From NCBI GenBank assembly GCA_036986135.1, contig BTQZ01000002.1:62670-126669 (forward strand): 64,000 bases of DNA, given 5' to 3'. A program made the translations under genes and the position numbers. The notes under the pieces are model-generated. The model was not told the origin of the DNA and did no database searches. It saw only the letters and a program-made list of their open reading frames with translations. This document shows positions 52,042-64,000 of this stretch, piece after piece. The DNA comes from Anaerolineae bacterium (GTDB taxonomy: Bacteria; Chloroflexota; Anaerolineae; Anaerolineales; E44-bin32). Numbering within the stretch: the stretch's first letter is position 1; each line of letters begins with the position of its first letter.

Positions 52042-53724
52042 ATGACACAGGCGCTGTATCGGCAGTGGAGACCCCTGACATGGTCTGAGGTTGTGGGCCA
52101 GGAGCATGTCGTGCGCACCTTGCAGAATGCGGTGAAGGCCGAGCGGCTTTCTCACGCCTACCTATTTTCCGGACCGCGCGGCACGGGCAAGACGAGCACG
52201 GCCAGGATCTTGGCCAAGGCGGTCAATTGCCTCGCAGAGTCCCTGGTGGATCGGCCCTGCAATGAGTGTAAGGCCTGTGTCGCGGTGAATGAGGGGCGCT
52301 ATCTGGACCTCATTGAAATCGACGCAGCATCCAACACGAGTGTGGATGATGTCCGTGACTTACGAGACCGCATCAACTTCGCCCCCAACGAAGGTCGCTT
52401 CAAAGTCTATATTGTCGATGAAGTCCATATGTTGTCGACGGCCGCCTTCAACGCGCTGCTGAAGACCTTGGAAGAACCTCCACCGCATGCCATCTTTATC
52501 CTAGCCACCACGGAGGTGCACAAAATCCCCGCCACCGTGCTTTCCAGATGCCAGCGACATGAATTCAGGCGAATTCCGGTGGACGAGATATTGAGCTACC
52601 TCGAGGACAAGATCCAGGAAAGTGGCTTCGAAGTAGAGCCGGAAGCCTTAATGCTCATCGCTCGTCAAGCCACCGGCAGCCTGCGCGACGCGACTTCTCT
52701 GCTGGATCAACTGGTCTCGATGGGAGAGGTCGTAACTCTAGAACGGGCCCAGGAGGTATTGGGAACTGTGGTGGATGAGGCGGTAGGCGACCTCGTACAG
52801 GCGATTGCGGACGGGGAAATTGGAACGGGGCTAGAAATTATCAATAAGGCCATCGATGGGGGCATCGACCCGCGGCAGTTCGCGCGGCAAGTTGTCGAAT
52901 GGCTGAGATCGCTGCTGTTGATCACCGCCGGCGAGAAGGTCAATTTGCAGAGCCAACCCATGATTGAACAGGCTGAATCCATGGGAACCGGGGGGATCCT
53001 GCCGGCAATGCACGCTTTCAGCCAGGCGACGCGTGGCGAGCGCACGGCATGGCAGCCGGGTTTAGCGCTTGAACTGGCTTTCATGGAGACCATTCAGCGA
53101 TCAATAGAAGCCCGTGTTGGGTCGCCGGATATCGAGCGTGCTGCGGATTCGGAGCATGAGCTCGAGAGCGAGCCGGAGGTGGGAGACCCACCCAATGGTG
53201 AACCGGGGCTCGAAGCTGCGCCCAAGGTCCTAGAAGAAGGGTCTCGGAGCGCCAAGGACGCGGTAGATGGTCGAGGGGAATCTCACCCAGGATCAGACTT
53301 TCAGCGGGTGCTCGATGCATGGCCGGAATTGCTGACCGCGGCCTATGGGCGGGATCCTCAGACGCAGGCCCTGCTGAATTCATGCAAGCCGCTTGGAGTG
53401 GACGACAACGCGCTCGTGCTGGGATTTCAGAGCGACCTGCTCAGGGAAAAGATGGAGAAGGGCCACAACCAGCAAATCGTCACCGAGGCGCTTGGCGAAG
53501 TGCTAGACGCAGAACTGGATGTTAGCTGCGTGCTGTTGAAGGATTGGGGAAGCAATCCGTCCACGGCTCCCTCGCCTCCTTTGCCTGAAGGCGGGATGGT
53601 TGCGGCTGCGCTGCGCGATCTCGGTGCGGAGGTTATCGATTATGGGCCTGAGACCGAGACGGATGGCGCAGATCCTGATCGGAAGAAAAGCACCGAAGAC
53701 AATAAAGATGAGGAGGAGCGGTGA
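52042..53724 (+). CDS. dnaX: DNA polymerase III subunit gamma/tau
   Basis: GPRGTGKTSTARILAK Walker A, zinc module CNECKAC, DEVHMLS, SRCQRHEF sensor. Acidic C-terminal extension. Confidence 0.93.
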   Translation: MTQALYRQWRPLTWSEVVGQEHVVRTLQNAVKAERLSHAYLFSGPRGTGKTSTARILAKAVNCLAESLVDRPCNECKACVAVNEGRYLDLIEIDAASNTSVDDVRDLRDRINFAPNEGRFKVYIVDEVHMLSTAAFNALLKTLEEPPPHAIFILATTEVHKIPATVLSRCQRHEFRRIPVDEILSYLEDKIQESGFEVEPEALMLIARQATGSLRDATSLLDQLVSMGEVVTLERAQEVLGTVVDEAVGDLVQAIADGEIGTGLEIINKAIDGGIDPRQFARQVVEWLRSLLLITAGEKVNLQSQPMIEQAESMGTGGILPAMHAFSQATRGERTAWQPGLALELAFMETIQRSIEARVGSPDIERAADSEHELESEPEVGDPPNGEPGLEAAPKVLEEGSRSAKDAVDGRGESHPGSDFQRVLDAWPELLTAAYGRDPQTQALLNSCKPLGVDDNALVLGFQSDLLREKMEKGHNQQIVTEALGEVLDAELDVSCVLLKDWGSNPSTAPSPPLPEGGMVAAALRDLGAEVIDYGPETETDGADPDRKKSTEDNKDEEER

Positions 53725-54026
53725 AAAGCGAGGAAGAGGAAGGATCCCTGCGAAGCCGATTGGACCAAGAGCTGCGCAAAGCACAATCTGAGCTCGCCCA
53801 ATCCAGTGTGGAAGCCACGGCCGGACGTGGCGCGGTGAAAATTACCATGTCAGGGACCCAGGAGTGCCTGAGCGTAGAAATTGGGGATGACATCCTTGAA
53901 TCCGGCGATGTTCGGCAATTGGAAGGCCTGGTCCTGCTCGCGGTGAACCAGGCGATTCGAGACTCTCAACTCATGGCGGCCCGCCGACTGAGTCCGTTCT
54001 CCGGGGATCTCGACTTAAAACGATGA
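53721..54026 (+). CDS. ybaB: YbaB/EbfC-family nucleoid-associated protein
   Basis: Position between dnaX and recR with 4-nt overlaps. GRGAVKITMSGTQECLSVEI..LLAVNQAIRDSQ pattern. Confidence 0.88.
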   Translation: MKSEEEEGSLRSRLDQELRKAQSELAQSSVEATAGRGAVKITMSGTQECLSVEIGDDILESGDVRQLEGLVLLAVNQAIRDSQLMAARRLSPFSGDLDLKR

Positions 54027-54631
54027 GCAGCGCCATGCCGCGCTCGGTTGAACGGCTGATTGAGGCCTTCGCGCGTCTTCCGGGGATAGGCCCTAAGACC
54101 GCCTCCCGACTCACCTATCACTTGCTACGTGCCTCGGAGGGCGAAAGTCAAGATCTGGCGGAGGCACTGGTGGCCGCCCGGGAGGGCACCGTTTTTTGTT
54201 CGCGGTGCTTCAATATAACTGCGAAGGAGGCCGATCCGTGCGATATCTGCGAGGATCACGGTCGGGAGGCGGCTGTGCTTTGTGTGGTAGAGGAACCCCT
54301 GGACGTGCTTGCTATCGAACGCACGGGCAGCTACGCGGGTCGATACCATGTGCTACATGGTGCAATTTCGCCGGTAGAGGGGATCGGTCCTGATGATCTT
54401 CGGATCCGTGAGTTGATCGCTCGAGTGGAGGCGGAGGGAATCGCAGAGCTTATCGTGGCCACCAATCCAACGCTGGAAGGTGAGGCCACAGCCATGTATC
54501 TCAAGGACGCGGTGCACGATCCGGAAGTGCGGATGACCCGCCTCGCGCGCGGCCTACCTGCCGGCGGCGATTTAGAGTATGCGGATGCTCGAACTCTTTC
54601 TGAGGCGCTGCAGGGACGGCGAGAAGTCTGA
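54023..54631 (+). CDS. recR: Recombination protein RecR
   Basis: HhH LPGIGPKTASRL, Cys4 finger CSRCFN..CDIC, Toprim LCVVEEPLDV..YHVLHG. Confidence 0.93.
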   Translation: MSSAMPRSVERLIEAFARLPGIGPKTASRLTYHLLRASEGESQDLAEALVAAREGTVFCSRCFNITAKEADPCDICEDHGREAAVLCVVEEPLDVLAIERTGSYAGRYHVLHGAISPVEGIGPDDLRIRELIARVEAEGIAELIVATNPTLEGEATAMYLKDAVHDPEVRMTRLARGLPAGGDLEYADARTLSEALQGRREV

Positions 54632-54703
54632 GAGCAATGACGGCTAGGGGCTGGATCTGAATGGCGGCGCCTACTCCCTTGCTTCCCGGCCCAATAACGA
54701 ACC

Positions 54704-54731
54704 TTGACTTCGGCCCAGTCCCCTTTATAAT
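54704..54731 (+). promoter_or_regulatory. rRNA operon promoter TTGACT-16 nt-TATAAT
   Basis: TTGACT 54704-54709, TATAAT 54726-54731. About 250 nt upstream of the 16S 5' end. Confidence 0.6.
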
Positions 54732-54844
54732 TGCCGTACAAGAAACCCGCGGTCTCGTCCCTACGGGGAAAGACCTGGACATTCGAAAGCGGTCAGAGAC
54801 CTGGATCTTCCCAAATGGGTGGATCTGTACGGTCTGCCAGGGAT

Positions 54845-54880
54845 GCCGATGTGAAGGAAGGATACATCGGCGTTTTATGT
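54845..54880 (+). other. Leader hairpin with U-tract immediately upstream of boxA (boxB-like or attenuator-like)
   Basis: GCCGATGT (54845-54852) / ACATCGGC (54864-54871) 8-bp stem followed by GTTTTATGT. Confidence 0.5.
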
Positions 54881-54892
54881 CGCGGGCGGCGC

Positions 54893-54910
54893 ACCTTAAC
54901 AACTGAATAG
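54893..54910 (+). promoter_or_regulatory. boxA-like antitermination element (leader copy), part of an 18-nt repeat
   Basis: ACCTTAACAACTGAATAG; core CCTTAACAA versus E. coli boxA CTCTTTAACAA. An identical 18-mer lies at 57378-57395. Confidence 0.6.
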
Positions 54911-54983
54911 TGATAGGAAGCCAGTAATAATGTTCGGGCTTTGTCTTTGAGAACCATCCCACATCTTCGGATGTGGTGAAGTT

Positions 54984-56502
<1,519 letters not shown>

Positions 56503-56730
56503 TAAGGGAGTGTTGAGCCGAAGCCTGCGGGCTGAGGCTCTACTCCAAACCGGAAATCCGCCCTACCTCGGTGTATGGGCGTCGAAGCCCCGAAAACCAG
56601 GTTTCCTATCGCTACTCAGTTGCTAAGGTGGAGGGGGCAATGCGCCCGACCTCCCGCGGAAAGCGGGTGGACAGAGAGCGCGAGGCCCGAGGGCCGAGCG
56701 TCCTGGCGAAGCCAGGGCACATTACTAAGC

Positions 56731-56807
56731 GGGCCTTTAGCTCAGTTGGTTAGAGCGTTCCTCTGATAAGGGAAAGGTCCCAGGTTCGAGTCCTGGAAGG
56801 CCCACCA
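56731..56807 (+). tRNA. tRNA-Ile (anticodon GAT) in ITS, CCA encoded
   Basis: GGGCCTT/AAGGCCC acceptor, anticodon loop CTGATAA. 77 nt. Confidence 0.95.
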
Positions 56808-56809
56808 AA

Positions 56810-56885
56810 GGGGATGTAGCTCAGCTGGGAGAGCGCCGCCTTTGCAAGGCGGAGGCCAGGGGTTCGAATCCCCTCATCTCCACCA
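56810..56885 (+). tRNA. tRNA-Ala (anticodon TGC) in ITS, CCA encoded
   Basis: GGGGATG/CATCTCC acceptor with the G3:U70 identity pair, loop TTTGCAA. 76 nt. Confidence 0.95.
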
Positions 56886-57377
56886 ACCGGCTTGCACGAT
56901 AGGACCGAGCCGGACAAGGAGCAACAAACAATCGGATACGAACCGGTTTTCGAGAACTGAATAGAACCGACCAGCATATTCGCCATGGAGTTTGAGGCGC
57001 GAGAGCGGGGTAGGGGCCCAGCTCGAGCTTCTGAAATCCTCCAAAATCCGGCCCGGCGGAATGCCGGGCCGCAGTGTGTCTAAGGGAGATTGCTTCGCTT
57101 GCAATGACAGCGATGACATTGCGGGGCGCGCAGCGCTGACGCAATCTCCAACACTCGTGGCAAATTGGCAACCGGGCTGTGAGGCAGATCCAAGTTTGAT
57201 CAGAAAGACATCTGATCACAAGGGATCGGAAGCACAGCCGGGAGGCCAACCACCGGAAGAATCATGGTGCAGCGGCCCCCGGGGAGGCGGGTTTGGAAGG
57301 CCTTCCAACAGCAGTTGGAAGTTGGCCTGACACCCCGGGCTTGTGTTCGGGGCCGAAGACCCGCCGCCCTCAATCGG

Positions 57378-57395
57378 ACCTTAACAACTGAATAG
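57378..57395 (+). promoter_or_regulatory. boxA-like element (spacer copy upstream of 23S)
   Basis: Identical 18-mer ACCTTAACAACTGAATAG, preceded by the hairpin CCCCGggcttgtgttCGGGG. Confidence 0.6.
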
Positions 57396-57517
57396 CATCG
57401 AGAGCAGCAACTTGGGTCGCTATTCCGAATGATCCAGGAATCGGCCGGAATGACAAACGGCGCTTGAGTTGAATGCTCTCACCGCGAAGAACGTCAATTT
57501 CTCCGTATCACACTAAA

Positions 57518-60510
<2,993 letters not shown>

Positions 60511-60581
60511 GATACGGAGAAATTGGCGTTCTTAATGCGGTTTGCTATTCAGTTAACAACTTCATACTGCTTCGCAGAATC

Positions 60582-60705
<124 letters not shown>

Positions 60706-60907
60706 TTTTCATTTAACCCCACACCTGCGGTCGGAGTGGGGAGCATAGAACGGAATCTGGACTTCCCAAGATCCGGAAGCCTGCTTCCTCAGCACAGATC
60801 GCGATCGGCTATTCGTTCCCTACTGCGTAGCGAACCATCCCCTCGAGCCCTACACCAACCTATTTGTACGGCGGGCCGCCGTCTTATTGGGCGATATTCC
60901 CGGGGGT

Positions 60908-60913
60908 TATAAT
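60908..60913 (+). promoter_or_regulatory. -10 box TATAAT 10 nt upstream of GTG 60924 (leaderless-type)
   Basis: TATAAT-ccgcgacacg-GTG. Confidence 0.4.
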
Positions 60914-60923
60914 CCGCGACACG

Positions 60924-61505
60924 GTGACAAGTTACCGAACGCCCGACGATGCCACACTCATGCGCAAGGTCGCAGGTGGGGATCGGCGGGCATTTTTGGC
61001 TCTCTACGATAGCTACGCAGCCAAGGTCTATGGGCTGGCATTGCGCGTTGTTAGCGACCCGATGACGGCGGAAGAGGTGACCCAGGATGCATTCGTTAGG
61101 CTGTGGACCCGGGCCGAGACCTTCAACCCGCATCGCGGGAGGCTTTCCTCCTGGCTGCTCACCATCACGCGCCGGATAGCCATCGATCAAATTCGTCTTG
61201 AGGCTCGCCGTCCACCGGAATGGAAACCTTCCGACCCAGCAAAGGCAATGGAAAGCGTTCCGGACCCAGCAAGCCAAACCGAGGAAGCGCGCTGGGCAAC
61301 CCTGAGGTTCGCCCTGGATAAGCTTCCTGACGAACAGCGATCGGTCATTGAGCTTGCCTTCTATCACGGAATGTCGCACAGCCAAATCGCTGAGTACCAG
61401 TCCACCCCGCTTGGCACGGTGAAGACCCGACTTCGGCTCGGCATGGAGAAATTGCGCCGGGAATGGGAACAGGGCACAAATCCAAATGACCCGGCTCAAC
61501 GTTAA
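60924..61505 (+). CDS. ECF sigma factor (SigK-like)
   Basis: DDATLMRKVAGGDRRAFLALYDSY (region 2.1), EVTQDAFVRLW (2.4), QRSVIELAFYHGMSHSQIAEYQSTPLGTVKTRLR (region 4). Start options are 60864, 60924 and 60960. Confidence 0.85.
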   Translation: MTSYRTPDDATLMRKVAGGDRRAFLALYDSYAAKVYGLALRVVSDPMTAEEVTQDAFVRLWTRAETFNPHRGRLSSWLLTITRRIAIDQIRLEARRPPEWKPSDPAKAMESVPDPASQTEEARWATLRFALDKLPDEQRSVIELAFYHGMSHSQIAEYQSTPLGTVKTRLRLGMEKLRREWEQGTNPNDPAQR

Positions 61506-61528
61506 TAGGGTTGGAGAGTGTTGATCTG

Positions 61529-62263
61529 ATGGATCATAAGGCCGAAGAGCAACTGGCAGCGCATGCGCTAGGCGCCTTGGATTCCGAGGAGCGCCAATGG
61601 GTGGAGGTTCACTTAGATGGATGCACGCGGTGCCAGGCGGCGCTCGCGTCGTATGAGTCCGTTGCTGACGGGCTATTGCATGCACCGGATCGCATGCCTG
61701 TTCCAGGGGCCGTCCGCTCGCGCCTATCGAAGCAAATTGGCAGGCCAGCCGACCTCCCCAGATGGAGAAGCGCCGTCAAGGCAGTTCCCGCGGCAGGGTT
61801 GGCAATGGCTGTCGGACTGATCCTGCTCCTGGCGGTCAACCTTGGATTCCTGGTTCAAACTCAGCGGCTGTTGGACCAGGGTCAGGGCGCGCTTGCTCAG
61901 CAGCAAGCGGGGCTAACCGCGGCTGCCATTGCGAGCTACCCCAGCTCACAGGTGGCGGTGATCGAGGAAGACGGAGTGCGAGGAACCCTTGTTTACGATC
62001 CGAGCCTTCCGGTTGGAGTGATGTATGTCTGGGGACTTCAACCTCCCTCAGATGACCAGACGTACCAAACTTGGTTAGTCGACGCTGAAGGGCAGCGAAC
62101 GAGTGCTGGCCTGCTTACATTCAGCGCAGATCCAGGGTTCGGATGGCTAATGATTGAAGCGCCGACACCGATGGGAGAATTCAAGAGCCTGGGAGTGACC
62201 CTAGAGCCGGCCGGCGGCAGCGAGGCGCCCACCGGCCCCCGCATCCTAGGCACTGATCTCTAG
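61529..62263 (+). CDS. Anti-sigma factor, RskA-like (zf-HC2, TM, anti-sigma-K C-domain)
   Basis: HLDGCTRCQAAL zinc motif; TM AAGLAMAVGLILLLAVNLGFLV; C-terminus TYQTWLVDAEGQRTSAG..LGVTLEPAGGSEAPTGPRIL. TTG 61511 is an alternative start. Confidence 0.8.
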   Translation: MDHKAEEQLAAHALGALDSEERQWVEVHLDGCTRCQAALASYESVADGLLHAPDRMPVPGAVRSRLSKQIGRPADLPRWRSAVKAVPAAGLAMAVGLILLLAVNLGFLVQTQRLLDQGQGALAQQQAGLTAAAIASYPSSQVAVIEEDGVRGTLVYDPSLPVGVMYVWGLQPPSDDQTYQTWLVDAEGQRTSAGLLTFSADPGFGWLMIEAPTPMGEFKSLGVTLEPAGGSEAPTGPRILGTDL

Positions 62264-62419
62264 CAATCCCTCCGAACTCATCTTCCCCACACTTTCGATA
62301 AATCCACTCCCTGCCACCTGAGTGGACTCAGCCACAAGTGGAGAGATCCAGATCGACCCATTGTGACGTATTGCCTATGACGCCGAACTTGAAAACGGCG
62401 CGATGCCAAAGGAGAAGAC

Positions 62420-63163
62420 ATGAGTCTGCACAAACTTTCGTTCGTTGCTGGCGGATTAGCGCTCGTGCTCGCTGCGTGCGCAACCGCCACGCCCGAACCA
62501 GCCCCCGAGCCCACCTCAGCGCCAACTCCAACTCAGGAGGAAGCCGAGGAGATGGCTCCCACAGTGACCGTCAGCGATCAGGCCGCAGCGGATGGGGCGA
62601 TCACCGTGGATCTGGTTTCCGCGCAGGCGCCGGGATGGATCGTGATCCACGCCCAGGCGGATGGAAAGCCGGGACCCGTGATTGGGTTTGCGGCGATCGA
62701 AGTGGGCAACAATGCTGACCTAGCGGTAGTGATCGACCTCGATCAGGTCACCGATACGCTCTACGCGATGCTGCACATGGACCTGGCCGCAGCCGGCGAG
62801 TACGAATTCCCAGGAGAGGATGCGCCCGTCTTCGACGATGGCGGCAACATCGTGCTGGCGCCGTTTTCCCTGCTTGAGGCCGAAGCCTCCATCGGGGAAG
62901 AAAATGTGCAGGTGGTTGACAACAACTTCCAAATGAAAGTCATCACCGTTCCGGTCGGGACAACTGTTACGTGGGTATATGACGGCGCCCTTCCGCACAC
63001 CGTCACCTCCGACACGGGCCTCTTTGACAGCGGAACGATGGGAGAGGGTGACCTCTTCACCTATACCTTCGATGAAGCTGGCAGCTTTCCCTACTTCTGC
63101 AAGTTTCATGGGGGCGCCGGCGGAAGCGGAATGTCTGGGGTCGTGGAAGTGACCGAGGGGTAG
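62420..63163 (+). CDS. Lipoprotein with C-terminal cupredoxin (plastocyanin/amicyanin-like) copper site
   Basis: Lipobox LVLAACAT. C-terminus HTVTSD..FPYFCKFHGGAGGSGMSG supplies the His, Cys, His, Met type-1 Cu ligand pattern. The N-terminal ~110-aa beta-rich domain is unassigned. Confidence 0.75.
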   Translation: MSLHKLSFVAGGLALVLAACATATPEPAPEPTSAPTPTQEEAEEMAPTVTVSDQAAADGAITVDLVSAQAPGWIVIHAQADGKPGPVIGFAAIEVGNNADLAVVIDLDQVTDTLYAMLHMDLAAAGEYEFPGEDAPVFDDGGNIVLAPFSLLEAEASIGEENVQVVDNNFQMKVITVPVGTTVTWVYDGALPHTVTSDTGLFDSGTMGEGDLFTYTFDEAGSFPYFCKFHGGAGGSGMSGVVEVTEG

Positions 63164-63187
63164 CTCCGAATATTGAACTGGGGGAGA

Positions 63188-63220
63188 GGGCCAGCTCCAA
63201 GCTGGCCCTTTCTATTCTCT
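63188..63220 (+). terminator. Intrinsic terminator after the cupredoxin gene
   Basis: GGGCCAGC-tccaa-GCTGGCCC followed by TTTCTATTCTCTT. Confidence 0.7.
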
Positions 63221-63324
63221 TCCGCAACCGCTCGGGAGACTATCTGGCCACCTATTTGCTCGGACTTCGGGGTCATATACAGGGGCCGGCGCTTCATGGG
63301 CCTCTGAGTTATCATGGCCGGGCC

Positions 63325-63921
63325 ATGGATGAGACGGCGCTCATCCGGGGAGCGAAGTCGGGCGACCTGGATGCCTTCAACCGCTTGGTCATGAATTATC
63401 AGGGATTGGCTTACAACGTCGCCCTGCGCATCATGGGAGACGAGCCCTCCGCGGCCGATGCGACTCAAGAGGCCTTCATCTCGGCCCATCGCGGGTTGAA
63501 GCGCTATAGGGGAGGCTCGTTTCGAGCCTGGCTGCTCCGGATCGTGACCAATGCCTGCTACGATGAACTGCGGCGCCGCAAACGGCGTCCCGCGGTTTCC
63601 TTGGACGAAATGACAGAGCAAGAAGGCGCCCTGCCGCTTGCGAGCCCAGGCGAGGGTCCAGAGGCGGCAGCTCAGCGAACGGAACTGATCCGGGCAATTG
63701 AAGATTGCCTGCTAGGGCTCTCGCCAGAGTTCAGAACAGTAGCGGTACTGGTCGATGTTCAAGGCTTTGACTACCAGGAAGTGGCCGATACCATTGGAAA
63801 ACCACTGGGGACGGTCAAGAGCCGGCTGGCGCGTGCCCGGGCCAGACTCAGGGAGTGCCTCCAGCAGCATGGGGAACTCTTGCCTGCCAAGATGCGTCTT
63901 CAGAATGAGGCGGTCGGATGA
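63325..63921 (+). CDS. ECF sigma factor (RpoE-like)
   Basis: MDETALIRGAKSGDLDAFNRLVMNYQG, ATQEAFISAHRGL, FRTVAVLVDVQGFDYQEVADTIGKPLGTVKSRLARAR. TATCAT at 63310-63315 lies 9 nt upstream. Confidence 0.88.
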   Translation: MDETALIRGAKSGDLDAFNRLVMNYQGLAYNVALRIMGDEPSAADATQEAFISAHRGLKRYRGGSFRAWLLRIVTNACYDELRRRKRRPAVSLDEMTEQEGALPLASPGEGPEAAAQRTELIRAIEDCLLGLSPEFRTVAVLVDVQGFDYQEVADTIGKPLGTVKSRLARARARLRECLQQHGELLPAKMRLQNEAVG

Positions 63922-64000
63922 CCGATATGGATGGAATCGCGCGACGCGACCTGGAACGACTATCTGCTTTTCTAGATGGGGAGTTGAGTCCCGCAGAAGC
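63918..64000 (+). CDS. Probable anti-sigma factor (3' partial, runs off window)
   Basis: ATGA overlap with the sigma stop. MTDMDGIARRDLERLSAFLDGELSPAE is a typical anti-sigma N-terminus. Confidence 0.5.
   Translation, partial: MTDMDGIARRDLERLSAFLDGELSPAE

Overview
GC-rich (about 60% by eye) bacterial chromosomal segment. It is densely coded, and I saw no transposase, integrase, phage gene or CRISPR array. Gene content and the rRNA sequence suggest a monoderm, Chloroflexota-like organism; this is inference and needs a 16S search. Left to right the window holds: a C39-like/TPR protein, ferritin and an OmpR/HK pair; a tightly coupled seven-gene cluster of unassigned membrane proteins, a zinc-ribbon repeat protein and a MutL-family actin-fold ATPase (3.6-10.6 kb), followed by a Pro/Thr-rich anchor protein; a Rab/Ras-like GTPase with a Roadblock-like partner; sugar and glycerate metabolism genes; uvrC; a lipid kinase paired with an XPB-N-terminal-like protein; an MFS transporter fused to a degenerate cyclase domain; tandem double-GNAT paralogs; an orphan ABC permease pair; hom; the uncharacterised kinase-like/DUF3090/phosphomutase trio coupled to rarA; maf-PBP2, rsgA and coaE; an FHA / PP2C / pseudo-PP2C-propeller membrane module; guaA-xpt divergent from an autoregulated lexA; a crotonase pseudogene; three tRNAs; tatA; dnaX-ybaB-recR; a complete 16S-tRNAIle-tRNAAla-23S-5S operon with boxA elements and processing stems; and two ECF sigma/anti-sigma pairs flanking a cupredoxin lipoprotein. 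Many genes show a -10 box, often the extended form TGnTAnnnT, only 6-10 nt upstream of the start codon, which suggests leaderless mRNAs. All calls come from reading the sequence and ORF translations. No searches or folding were run. RNA ends are +/- a few nt, and several CDS starts are judgement calls.
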